NCBI RefSeq assembly: GCF_006345805.1
Contig: NW_021833249.1
Coordinates: 45,661 to 109,660 of the forward strand
Reading direction: 5' to 3'
DNA from: Octopus sinensis
Taxonomy: Eukaryota
Length of the DNA: 64,000 bases
Each line of letters starts with the position of its first letter. The first letter of the stretch is position 1. Below the pieces are notes generated by a model that saw nothing but the letters and a program-made list of their open reading frames with translations, had not been told where the DNA came from and searched no databases. This document shows positions 25,619-38,457 of this stretch, piece by piece. The position numbers were made by a program, and so were the translations under genes.

Positions 25619-26689
25619 ATTCGTATATATGTACATATATATATTTAATGCGTATATATATATATAATGTGTGCATTATGTGGTCGGTTGAGCTGAAAAT
25701 ATGCACACCTATGTTAAAAGTGCTGGCGAGTTTGCATGGCAACTATTTTTTTCTTTAAATGAAAGGTGTGACCTCTAGGACAAAATTCCTCATCTTATAA
25801 AATGTGGCCCGAGTAGACCCGAATGAAATCGGGTTATATTAACCAAAATGTCAAAAGGGGTCTAAATGGAGCTGGAAGGGGATTAAAATTTACAAGAGTG
25901 GGTGTTTAGGAATTCTCTGTTACATCAAGCTAAAAAATTTGCACCAGCCTTTAAATCTTCAATATGTTGCGTCCATGATGAAGAGGTTTTGAATGCTTGC
26001 CATGGTGACTCTACTATCCTCATATTATATCCCTTCAAACTTTGCTTTCCAATATTTTTTAATTTTTATTCAGCTCGCAAGTTCGTCTGTCCCTTCTAAA
26101 TGTTAGTGTTTTGCTGTCTATCTTGAAGCAGACCTTTCCGTTGTCACTGCCTGATATTTATGATTGATCTTTCAAAATATTTTCTTTCTCAACCTACTCA
26201 AGAACTTTTGTTGTTTATAAATGGGAGAGAGATAGATAGAGAAAGATAGAGAGTAAGAGAAAGCGAGGGAGAGTCCGAGAGAAAAGAAAAGTAAGAGAGT
26301 GGGAAAGTGAGAGAGAAAGGAGAGAGAAACAAAGAGGGAGAATGTGGTGATAAAAACAGAAAGGAAGCAACAGAAAATAACAACCACACTCTTACCCGCG
26401 CGTAGAGCGGGTCACCTTAAGCTAGTAGAAATATAAAATACAACTTATCAGTTTGCCGCTAAGAATTCTTTCATTCGCCGTTAACAGTTCTTATGTTTGC
26501 AGCTTACAAATTCTTGAGGTGAAGAACACTGATTGAGTATGCAGGGTGGCCAACTTATAAATTGAAAAGTAAAATCTGCAGAAATCCTAAAATTGTGTTC
26601 TGATATAAGTTACATTCGTTTTCAGCCATTATCGGCCCAGGCCATGACTAACTCAATAGCATTACCTGGAAAAGTCTTTTAGTTAATTA

Positions 26690-27930
26690 TTTCGGGACAC
26701 GATGGACCACTCGAGCAGAGAGTTGTTGTTGGTTGTGACGTATCCAGGTGTAGATGGTTTATCCGGTATTTCCTGGAGGAATTTGTGCAGGTATCTTTTA
26801 AAAGTTGTGAGGTATTTTTCTACTTTAATTGCTTTGGGGGTAACATTGAAAAGTGCAGGACCATTTGCAGTGAAGAAATTGTGTTGCAATGTTATTATGT
26901 GATGTGATTTCGACCTTTGTAGGGGACGCATTGCACGGGGGCCTAGTCTTGGGTGAATTGTAAACATAATGCCAATATAATTTGGATAATATTGGTGGAA
27001 TATTTTCCACATGGTGCAAATAATGTATCGCTCACGGCGGCGTTGCTGAGATTAGAGCTTCCACTGTTTAAGTCGAGTCCAATAATCAAGTTCCTTCATG
27101 CCCTCTATTATTATTCTTTTTTTTTGTGATTGATCTTTGTGGCGCTTCTATCTTCATTATGTCTTGTTTTTTTTTAGGGGGAAACAGTATTCGAGGTGGG
27201 GCCTAGCGAATGTGGAGAAGAGAAGGATGATGGTTTCATGATCCCTATGGTCTTGGAAAGTTCTGGGGATCCACGAGCACATTCTGCGGGCAACATCGAC
27301 TTTTTTGTTGATGTGCACACTCCAACTAAGGTTGTTGTCGACAGTTACACCTAAGTCTCTGTTATTATCCGACGGTTCAAGTAGGTCTTCCGACGGTAGT
27401 GTATATCGTTGTTTGAGTGTGCCCTCTCTTCCAAAGTGGATGAGCTCAAATTTTTCTTCGTTCAACTGCATATTGTTTTGTTTTTTGTTTTGGTTTTTTT
27501 TTGTGCCCCCTGGGTTACTGCACATAGGTCCGATTGAAGCATTGTTCGATCATATGCTCCCTTAATGATTTTACGGAGCTTAGAGTCATATTCAAAAATT
27601 TTTATGGTGCTATGTTCAATGAAATTTGCAATGCCATTGATATAGACAATAAAAAGAAGTGGACCCAGCACAGTACCCTGTGGGACTCCGCTGGTAACTT
27701 TTGTTGGTTTTGAGTGGATGCCAGCAACAACAACATGCTGGGTCCTATTTGTTAGGAAATACCTAATCCATTGAAGTAGCTTTCCATCGACTCCAGCGTT
27801 GTATAATTTCTTTAACAATATATTATGGTTGATTCTATCAAAGGCCTTGCTGAAATCAAGGTATATGACATCCGCGTTGGAGCCCTCAGTTAGTACATTT
27901 AAGATGTCATCAAAGTGGTGGAGCTCGCTT
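26690..27930 (-). mobile_element. CR1-clade LINE, RT and 3' end, frameshifted
   Basis: YLDFSKAFDRINH, GVPQGTVLGPLLF, DLGVTVDNNLSW, RPHLEYC, RRRERY, FLQEIPDKP. Confidence 0.92.
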
Positions 27931-28639
27931 TCAATCTTACATTTAATATCTATTGATAAAGCCAGAAATATAACTACAATTATCATAAGAGATACTTGAA
28001 AAAAAAAGTAGAAATATAAAGGGGAAGACCCCTGCCAAACCCATACTTCTACACAAGATATATAATCCAAAACAAGCATGAAAAATACACGTCTATTTTA
28101 AAACAGTCAAACTGAAAGTAAATCAGACAACCTGTCATGATAAAAACTCACCACTACAGAATAAAGCATTGTTAGAACAAATTTCATTATTTGCAACATA
28201 TTTACATTATTATGTAGTGAGTTCAGGTGCTGACATGAATTATATTCTCCCCTCCCCCACCAGCACCACTCCGTATCCAGGCCGGGGGAGGGGATGGAAA
28301 AATTCTTAACTTGATAAACTTCTTTTTGAATAAATCTTCATTTGAAGTTTCATGAAAGCGAAAGAAAATTAACGAAAGTAGAAAAGGAGGAAAAAGAAGA
28401 AAAAATGGTAACTATTGGAGAAATATCATGATCAGAGAAAAATGCTAAAAAAAATGCTAAATAAAATTTTAAACCTATTTTCCTTGCTAAATGCTAGATT
28501 CAAAAATTTTCTGCTAAATGCTGAAAAAAATGCTAAATCTAGCATAAAATATGCTAAATTGGCAACCATGGTTCTTATGTTAGTTCCTATTGCATGTGCA
28601 ATCATTCTTTTCACCTAACTGTTGTTCTTAGGGTCCCGG

Positions 28640-29187
28640 GTGAGTATGGTTCAAACCATTCCAGCGCTCTGTGGTGCTTTTCTTCGCTGCCAAGGTGATG
28701 GTGGGTGGTCTTCCCCTCTGTGACCTGGTCATGTTTATCTAGGTAGTTACAGTCATAGCTTAGTTTAAGGAGGAGGCCCAGTTCCCTCGTGTTGGCTTCG
28801 CAGAACTACCTCAATCTCACAGTAATCTCAGTACATTTTTCCACAGCAAAATCTGTCTATAGATGGGTAGAATGAAACGACATCCATACAACCCACTACA
28901 CAACCCATGAGGCCGTTGGAGTAATTGCGACTACTGATTCTACTTAGATCCCCCGTGCTCGCATCTGGGGACATTTCAATGAGTGGTCGTAACACCTGTG
29001 AGAGGAAGTAGAATAGCCTATAATTGCTGGAGATATTCGCTCCACAGACAGGCCGGGTTGGGGAGCCCATAACAGGGTTCACATAGGATTTACGGTCCTT
29101 ACGTAACCCGTATAGCGTAGGAACATCGTTGTTGAATGCTTGGAAATTTTGTGCAGTCCTTTTCTTGGGTTGGAGTATGTTGCACCA
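28640..29187 (-). mobile_element. Penelope-like RT N-terminal fragment interrupted by an LTR element
   Basis: PTLYGLRKD, RPVCG, STGDL, MDVVSFYPSID; frame continues (TSIHMGMWCNIL) across the removed LTR element. Confidence 0.8.
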
Positions 29188-30685
29188 TGTTATGTAATCA
29201 TCACAACAAACATGAACAATCAACGTTGCCCATTGTCTCCCTTGATACAAGGACATTCAGTAAGTTTCCCGCCACAACAAATACCTTGTACAACAACGGC
29301 AGTCTAATAAAGTATCTCGTATCGTTAACACGTTTTTTCAGTCTCTCTCATTTTCTTAATATTTCATACTAAGTACTCACTACTTCCTTTAATACTCAAT
29401 ACATTATATATTTATAACAACAACATGGTGTCAGAATACTAAAAGAACCCAAAATACAGATGATAATAAAAATAAAAAAATATATATACTGGCCTGGCAT
29501 TAACGCTCAAATCAAAGACATGATTAACACATGCTCATACTGCATCGACTACAAAAAACAGCAATCAGCCGAACCACTAATAAATCATGAAATACCTACT
29601 ACACCATGGACCAAAGTGGGTACAGACGTATTTCACCTGTCTGGAAATTCGTATGTCACAATTATTGACTATACAACAAGATTTTTTGATCTACACGAAA
29701 TAAATGTTTGCCAGTCAAAAACCGTAATCAAAAAATTAAAAGAAACTTTTGCTAAATTCGGAATTCCGCAAACAGTTATAAGTGACAACGGTCCAGAATT
29801 CAATTCGGCTGAATTCAAAAAATTTGCAAAAAAATGGCATTTTCATCACACGAAGACAAGCCCGCATTATCATCAAGCGAATGGCATGGTTGAGAGAAAT
29901 ATACAGACAATAAAAAAGACTCTAAAAAAGGCATTCAAGAGCATTACGCACGACTAAATTACAAAATGGTGCACCATCCCCTGCAAATCAAATAATGAAT
30001 AGAACATTGCGAACAAATCTCCCAAACTTACTACACGATAAAATTGGTATCAGGCCTCACGAAAAGAAGAAATCAAACATTACAACAGAACTCCCAGAGT
30101 TAAAACCACACGACACGGTTAGAATTAAGTTTAACAACAATTGGTTAGAAGGGGCAAAATAATTAAAAAACTAGAGCAACCTCGTTCATACTTAGTAATA
30201 ACAGAGGAAGGTAATACAGTCAAACGAAATAGACAACATATTCTTAAAACAAACGAACACGTTCGCATAACAGAAGAATTAGATTATGAAAATATATTTC
30301 CAAAGTCAACAAACACGCATGAAAAAACAAAAACAGCACAACTACAGAATTCAACACTACAAAATAATAAAACCACAAAAAGTGGACGACGAATAATTAT
30401 TCCCTGTAGATACAGATAAAAAAAAAATAAAAATAAAAAAGGGAAGATGTTATGTAATCATCACAACAAACATGAACAATCAACGTTGCCCATTGTCTCC
30501 CTTGATACAAGGACATTCAGTAAGTTTCCCGCCACAACAAATACCTTGTACAACAACGGCAGTCTAATAAAGTATCTCGTATCGTTAACACGTTTTTTTA
30601 GTCTCTCTCATTTTCTTAATCTTTCATACTAAGTACTCACTACTTCCTTTAATACTCAATACATTATATATATATAACAACAACA
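29188..30685 (+). mobile_element. Internally deleted Gypsy LTR retrotransposon (LTR-PBS-integrase-PPT-LTR)
   Basis: 238-bp TG..CA LTRs 29188-29425 and 30448-30685 (3 differences counted); CACCA TSD; PBS TGGTGTCAGAA (tRNA-Leu type); PPT AAAAAAGGGAAGA. Confidence 0.95.
29460..29957 (+). CDS. Gypsy integrase fragment (C-terminal part continues at 30141-30419)
   Basis: YWPG..CSYC, PWTKVGTDVF, GIPQTVISDNGPEF, QANGMVER. Confidence 0.9.
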   Translation: MIIKIKKYIYWPGINAQIKDMINTCSYCIDYKKQQSAEPLINHEIPTTPWTKVGTDVFHLSGNSYVTIIDYTTRFFDLHEINVCQSKTVIKKLKETFAKFGIPQTVISDNGPEFNSAEFKKFAKKWHFHHTKTSPHYHQANGMVERNIQTIKKTLKKAFKSITHD

Positions 30686-31410
30686 CACCACATTCCCATG
30701 TGTATTGAGGTGTATTATGTTCAGTATTGTTATTGTTATTGTTGTTGTTATTGTTGTGGGTGGCGTTGATGCTAGTGGTGGTGGTGTGGATGATGTGGTT
30801 GGTATTGTTGTCTGTGTGTGGGATGTTGCGATTATTGTTGTTATCATCATCGCTATTGCTGTTGTTATAATTGTTGTTGTTTTTATTTTCGTACATTTGT
30901 GTTGTTGATGTTAAAGTTGTTTGTGGTTATCATTGTTGTTATTGTTATTGCCACTATTGTTGTTGTCATTAACATTGCTATTGCTATTGTTGTTGTTTTG
31001 GTTTCGTATGTTTGTATTGTTGTTGTTGTATTGTCCTAACCTCCATATTACTTTTAAGATCGTTTTCTCAATATTAGATAGACAATCAATTTTTCTGACC
31101 TTCTTATATGTTAGCAAATAATTTATTAAACTAAATTAGAGGTAAACATATTGATTTATAGCGATTGTGGCTTTAGTAATTTTAGTTATTTTATATAAAA
31201 AATTTTTTATCAATTCTATTTGATAGCGTTTAAGTTTTCCTTTGTTTACATATTGCGCACAAATATGAATGACGCGCTACTATACAATAATTAATTAGCA
31301 GTTTTTGATATGTCAATTTTTTGTTGACTTCCATATTTTAACAAACGTACGCGCAATTACATGATAGTGTTACCGCTCTTTCTCCCACTCTCTCTCTCTT
31401 AACCAATTTT

Positions 31411-31529
<119 letters not shown>

Positions 31530-31659
31530 TGAGCTGAAACTGGAAAAATCAAAAATCAAAATCATATATATATATATAACACCCAGTTAACCCTAACTGC
31601 AACATCACCACCAATAACAAACGCACGCGCACAACTATATCCTACATATTTGTTTATAA

Positions 31660-31729
<70 letters not shown>

Positions 31730-32044
31730 TCATAACGTTTTTTTTAATACATACATTACCAAAACGCACACATCTGAGCCTGTCATGGATCGACCAACAC
31801 GTTGGAACATAACTCCTTTCAGAAAATTCTTCCCTGATGAAATACCCAATTAACCAGTTTCAATATGAAAATATAAAATTAATTTAATTCAATTTAGTTT
31901 CTCTAATTGAATTAATAGGATATGGAAACGGCTATAGGGATAGGAATTTCATATTATATTGATTTGAATATCTTTGAATAAACTGATGTCTATATGTAAA
32001 TTTCTCTATTTTGTTTTTCATACACACACACACACACACACAAA

Positions 32045-32153
<109 letters not shown>

Positions 32154-32400
32154 GATCTTCACATGATTTTAGGAATGTCTAATTGCGAATATATTTTGGG
32201 AAATGCAACACAACACAGCTACAATTTATTACGAGCAATTTTTCAGCAACAAGTTTTAATATTTAATAACATTCCTCTCAGAGAATTATCTTTACAATCT
32301 ATAAATCTCCTCAAACTAGGACTAGCTAAAATTTGTCTGTGTCACTCATGGATTAATAGTCGATACACATCTTTGGGGTTGTGACTCAACAAACTAAAAA

Positions 32401-32760
32401 GAAGCTGGCAGAAACGTTACCACGCCGGGCGAAATGCGTAGCCGTATTTCGTCAGCCGTTACGTTCTGAGTTCAAATTCCGCCGAAGTCGACTTTGCCTT
32501 TCATCCTTTCGGGGTCGATAAATTGAGTGCCAGTTACGCACCGGAGTCGATATAATCGACTTAATCCGTTTGTCTGTCCTTGTTTGTCCTCTCTGTGTTT
32601 AGCCCCTTGTGGGTAGTAAAGAAATAGGCATTTCGTCTGCCGTTACGTTCTGAGTTCAAATTCCGCCGCAGTCGACTTTGCCTTTCATCCTTTCGGGGTC
32701 GATCTATTCGGCTGCACACCCTCCCTAAAAATTTCGAGCCTTTTGTCAAGAGTAGAAAAT
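32401..32760 (+). mobile_element. Dimeric SINE (GGCGGCGAGCTGG family)
   Basis: GAGTTCAAATTCCGCCG..GTCGACTTTGCC at 32468 and 32651. Confidence 0.8.
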
Positions 32761-32805
32761 ATTAGCAACATCAACTTTGCTAAAAGAGCATTTCTTTTTA
32801 ATTAG

Positions 32806-32849
32806 CATGGTGCCCTCTGCTTCTGTGGAAACAGTTATGACAAATATGG

Positions 32850-32887
<38 letters not shown>

Positions 32888-32968
32888 AAGACCTCTGTAA
32901 TTCAAGCTGTCCAGGCAACAAAGAAGATTTCTGTGGAGGTTATCTAACACATTCTGTTTACAAAGCAG
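32806..32968 (+). CDS. Exon encoding the C-terminal half of a WSC domain with a poly-Ala insert
   Basis: TTTCTTTTTAATTAG acceptor; HGALCFCGNSYDKYG(A)12EDLCNSSCPGNKEDFCGGYLTHSVYKA; G|GTAAG donor; Cys spacing and CGG..VY match the WSC consensus. Confidence 0.85.
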
Positions 32969-33195
32969 GTAAGATTTTTTTTTTATTACTTTTGGTCAAA
33001 TTATGTAACAACTGTCTATTTATTGCCATAATAATATTGTGGTATGGGCAGCTTTGAATGAAACAGATTGATTTAAGATATCCTTTTATCACTAGTTGTA
33101 AGCACTTTTAAAGAACTATTATTTGTTATGGGGTAGCGAATGAAGAGTAATTTCCCAATATTTTGAATTGAAAATGTTTCGTGTGTTTTACAAAG

Positions 33196-33338
33196 CATGG
33201 TATTATTTAAAGGCATTTGGCTACAACAATTTCGGCTGCCTTTAATAGTAATGGGAAAGAATTTAAACATTATTAAGAAGAATGTCACACAAAGAATGGC
33301 CGCTGTTTGTGCTGCTATGAGAAAAGTATGCGTTATAA
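33196..33338 (+). pseudogene. Possible degenerate next exon (N-terminal half of another WSC repeat)
   Basis: Phase-compatible acceptor gives AWYYLKAFGYNNFGC; MSHKE(C)AAVCAA and KYAL appear only after frameshifts; several stops. Confidence 0.25.
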
Positions 33339-33505
33339 GTTGCATATATAAATGAAGAACGTATATACTACTAGGTAGAAAGAATCTGTTAAAAAATTCC
33401 ATGAAAATCTGAAAAATCACACACATAAAAGGACATGAACTTATCGGACTTCATGCTATGTTTTATAGCTAACAATAGAAAATAATAAAATCTAAAATGA
33501 ACTAT

Positions 33506-33930
33506 ACTCTCTTTACTCATTACTCTTTTACTTGTTTCAGTCATTTTGACTGCGGCCATGCTGGAGCACCGCCTGTAGTCGATCAAATCGACCCCGGGAC
33601 GTATTCTTTGTAAGCCCAGTACTTAGTTTATCGGTCACTTTTTCCGAACCGCTAAGTGACGGGGACGTAAACACACCAGCATCGGTTGTCGAGCAATGCT
33701 AGGGGGACAAACACAGACACACAACCCCCCCAACACACACACATATATATATATATATACATATATACGACAGGCTTCTTTCAGTTTCCGTCTACCAAAT
33801 CCACTCACAAGGCATTGGTCGGCCCGGGGCTATAGCAGAAGATACTTGCCCATGATGCCACGCAGTGGGACTGAACCCGGAACCATGTGGTTGGTTAGCA
33901 AGCTACTTACCACACAGCCACTCCTGCGCC
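33506..33930 (-). mobile_element. Full-length tRNA-derived SINE
   Basis: Reverse complement of the 17892-18282 family. Confidence 0.85.
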
Positions 33931-34823
33931 TATCAATTTATTTTATAACTATGAAAAGTATTTTATCACGAACATTTGTGAATTTTGTGATAAGATTATT
34001 CATTTCTTAAATATATTTATCATTTATGTATTAAAAAATAATAATATTCGTTAATTGACTGGTGAGAAATTTTAAAAAAACGTAATTTTACTCAAAAATA
34101 TAAGGGCAATTTGCACATTTTTCTTTTCTGCTTTGTATCACAATTCACGTTTAATAAATATAGACAATTGTATTTGTAAAAAACGCATATGCATATGAAG
34201 TCCATAACTGGCTTTGAAAGAGCTGTAGCAAATTTGGTAATGCAATAAAAAACGTTTTTCTTTCTGTATGTCGATGTCAGCATGTACCTTTAATTTTACA
34301 AAAAGGCTTTCTTCAAATTTTACATATGTAATCATGACACGTTTTGTATTTTTAGGGACATTTTCAAAACAAACGGGTAAGTGAAGTTATATTTTGAAAA
34401 CATCTTAATCTTTCGATTGCTACTGCTTTGAATAATAGATGCAAACGGTTTTTATATATTTAAATTGTCTTTCAAAGATTCAACACGAAATTCAGTAATA
34501 CGTTCTTTTAATTTATATCAAACAATGCAAAAGCCGACATAATGGAGAGTCATACATGTATGATACATCAACACTGCATTCACTGCTGCACTTTACTGTT
34601 TAAATTGTATTGGAAAATACATTACTTTCCATTCCTCCAAGTTCAATTATTGTTTGTATTATAATCTTCTTTTACAAAATGAGATCCAGCAATGTATACG
34701 TGTGGGTGTATATGTATGTACAAAACTGTGTAGATTTCAACCATATTAGAAGTCATTATTAACATCATGCGAGTGTGTATGTCTGTGTGGGTGGGTGTAG
34801 GTATATAAAGCTGTTGTATATTT

Positions 34824-35110
34824 CATCATCATCATCAGCGTTCAACGTCAGCCTTCCATGCTGGCATGAGAAGAATGCTTCGACAGGAGCTAGTCAGGCA
34901 GAAGCCTGCACCAGATTTCTGTGTCTGTTTTGGCAGGATTTTTACGGCTGGATGCCCTTCCAAACACCAACCACCCAACAGAGTGGACTGAGTGCTTTTT
35001 ACGTAGCACAAGCACAAGCGAAGTCAGTTTTGGCAAGGTTTTTACAGCTGGATGCCCTTCCAAACGCCAACCACTTTACAGTGTGGACTGGATGCTTTTT
35101 AAGTGGCACC
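34824..35110 (-). mobile_element. (GAT)n-tailed SINE-like repeat
   Basis: CTGGATGCCCTTCCAAAC..CAACCAC twice; (CAT)n. Confidence 0.7.
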
Positions 35111-35639
35111 TGAACTGAAAGGGTCACCAAGTAACTTCCATGACAAAAACTCTTTTGAGATGGGAGGGGGCATTGGAGGAGGTGATCTTGTGTCATGATG
35201 AAAGGTTTTAGTGTGACAGAGAGACACAAACAGGTGTCTTGCTGTAGAGGAGTACAAGGCTGCCCGGCTGGAGAGAGAGAGAGAGAGTGGGAGACAGCAG
35301 GATAGAGATGGTGGCAAAGTGCCAGGCATACTCACAAGGGACGGAGATGGGATGGTCGAGGGAAAGAAGATATAGATGGTGGCAAGTGCCAGGGCACATA
35401 CTTGAGGTTCAGATATCATAATATAAGTGGCAGGACATTACCAAAGAAGCGTGATTAGAGAGTGGGGGGGTCTACTGGATAGCAATGAAACAGAGCTGTG
35501 AGGACAGGATTGGGGAGTGGGAGGTGAGCATAGTGCATGAAGGAGGAAATGTGAGGAAGAGAAGATATGTAGTTTGGTTTGTTGTGGTAGAGTGTGTGAG
35601 AAGTTTTCTTGTTAAGTATAGTTGGGACACACAGTGCTT

Positions 35640-37980
35640 CTAGAACTCAAGTTTTGCTGATGTGGGCAGATCTTCTCTAGAACCTCATATTGTCAAACAT
35701 CTCGGTCCATTGTTATTTCTTCAACATCCAACATCCTGAGATTTCTTTTCGAATTCTGCTAAAGATTCAGCAATACGAGTAAGGTTATCCGAATATAGCA
35801 ATTCTCATTAGCATCCAGTTTTGAATTCCTCTTTTATGGCCTGGAGGACTATAATGAATAAGAGTGAGCTGAGAACTGAGACTTGATGAACCCCTACTTG
35901 TATGCTAAATTCATCACTATTTATAGCTAACTTTCACATTACGGACAGCACTACTGTACAATGGCTTATTTTTGGCCAAATACTTTTCCTGCTGCTGTCT
36001 CACTTGGAAGTTAACATCTGTGGTACTCTTCCCAGGTACGAAATCTAACTGCATCTCATCTAGTTTAATTCTCCGAGTTATAACTCTCTCAGTAACTTTT
36101 ATGACTGGTCTAGCAGTTTGATACCGCTGTAGTTGTTTCTATCTTAGGCATCACCTTTGCCCTTGTAGCAGCTAACTATAATACTACTACACCAGTCATT
36201 GAAGAAGGTGCCTTCCTAAATAACTTGATTAACTATACTCGTGACTAAGCTGTATCATTCACCAACGAAAGTTTTAATCATCTTGGCAGTGATTCCTGAT
36301 GGCCCAAGGGCTTTCCCTGTCTTCATATCCTAAATTGCCTTACCTATCAACTCTGATGGCTGGTCCCTCAATTGGTTTAATATTTGGTAGACTTTCTTTC
36401 TCCTATTCATTTTCTACATTTAGTAACCTTTAATAGTGACTCTTCCATACATCTTTCTTCTCTGAGTCACTAAGTGCAAGCATATCATTATCCATTCGCA
36501 TACATTTCTCACCCACCGCATCTCTATTCTCTCTGATACCTGCTTTACAATCCTAAACACCTCACATCGCTGATCCTCACGCTGTACAACATTTACAAAT
36601 CTCTTACCTTCTGCTATTCCTTTTACTATGTAAACTTGTCGCCTCGCTGTCCTTCTGACTACCTGATATAATTATTTGCTTCTACCATTTTTCCAGTCTT
36701 TCCAGGTCTGTCTTTTTGCTTTTATAGCACTGTCTACCTCCTTGTTCCTCCACCATGTCACCCTTGGTCTAGCTGGGACTCAGCACCAACCACAGATTTC
36801 GTCTGTAGTCCTCGGTATATTGTCCCGCAGGAACTTCCAATTGTCCTCTACGCTATATGTCCCCAACTCTTCCTCTCTTTCGTCAGAAACTTCCATTTGG
36901 AAATCTCTAAACTTTTGTCTGTTTACTGAGCTTTCATAATTTTCCTTTCGAGTTTGGTTTATTTTTCCGAGTTTTCTAGCTCTAATTCTGAAGTCACTAA
37001 CTAGTAACCTATGTTGGATTGTTTACTCTTCATCAGGGAAAGATTTTGCATTTTTAAGCATCCATCTATCTCGTTGCCTAGTGAGGAGGTGGTTAATCTG
37101 GCTTAAGTGCTCACCATCACTGCCAAGATGATTAAAATTTCCGTTGGTGAATGATACAGCTTAGTCACGAGTATAGTTAATCAAGTTATTTAGGAAGGCA
37201 CCTTCTTCAATGACTGGTGTAGTAGTATTATAGTTAGCTGCTACAAGGCTTAAGTGTTGTACATCCTGATAAGTGATTAGGTGGTTGGCTGGCTGGCTGG
37301 TTGGTTGGCTGGTTTTCTGAAGTTAGTGTTAAAGACCATAAGATGATTTGCATCACATAACTCCAGCAGTTTTGTTTCCTCCTCACTTCTGGATCCAAAG
37401 CCATAGCCACCACGCACTCCTTGGAATCCATGGAGATGCTCTATGTCCATTGAAGTCACCAGTTACAATAACAAAATCACTGTCATTTGTCATTGAGGTA
37501 GTCTGCAAAAGGACCTCATACAATTGGTCCTTCTTCTCATCAGCCAGCCCAGACTGAGGAGCATATGCAGAGATAAATGTAACTGTTAATTAATCTATGT
37601 CTCATCTTAATTACCTTATCACATACTCTGAATATCTCAATTACCTTATCTACCCACTTTTCTGCTAACAGTATGCCTACATCACCCACTCCATCTTTCC
37701 TACCTACCCAGAAGAATTTTAATCTCTGTCACTTAACGGTGAGGAATCTAGCTGAGGCTCCCCTCCATCTTACTTCTTGCACACCAACACATAAATATGG
37801 CATCGCTCCCTAATCCTTCTTTCATTGTGCCAACATTAATAGTAGCGGCCCCGAGATTGAGTACTTGGGAGTGATGGTGGGAAGGCAGTTGTAGAACTTT
37901 CGTCATCACCTGAAAAGAAGATCTGCGCAAACGCTTGCCAGCTAGCATAGAGCTTTGGTACATAGTTTACATAGTTTATT
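35640..37980 (-). mobile_element. Degenerate RTE-clade LINE
   Basis: APE start ATINVGTM near 37850; RT FVPGKSTTDVNFQVRQQQEKYLAKNKP near 36000; C-terminal EEITMDRD..YEVLEK near 35700. Confidence 0.8.
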
Positions 37981-38401
37981 CATTGAATTGCAATGAATCA
38001 CAGTTTCCTCCATTTCATACAATATCTAGAGCAAGAACTAACAATAGATGAAGTAGGTGTGAGAATATGAAATATAGGTTGAGCAGAAAGAGAGAATAGG
38101 GTGGCTACTTATGACGGTTTAAGTATTATATGTCTAAATATTTATATATGAGATACCTTTAACAGTATAAGACACGCATCCGGGCGCTTGCATGAAGGTA
38201 TAAGGCTATAAGCAAAATATGTACTCCCATACACAACACAGAAGGAGTATATGAGTCACCAGGTGAAGCAGTTCATGTACGGAGTAAAATGGTGTGGGGG
38301 GAGGAGGCATAACAGATGTGCAAAAATGGACGCTGTGCGCCGACTTTGCACAAACTAAGTTTAGTCCCCACATGGCTAGATGGGCTTTGAAGAAAAGTCG
38401 T

Positions 38402-38411
38402 ATTATTATTA

Positions 38412-38457
<46 letters not shown>

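Larger units (their letters stand above)
21020..26425 (+). mobile_element. Head-to-tail array of three Helitron A units with nested insertions
   Basis: Hairpin+CTAG ends at 21268-21271, 23651-23654, 26422-26425; the first two are followed directly by TC and the family 5' sequence. Confidence 0.8.

Noticed and set aside
34610-34695. Transmembrane-like peptide SIIVCIIIFFYKMR
   Set aside because: No convincing acceptor and AT-rich DNA yields hydrophobic peptides by chance
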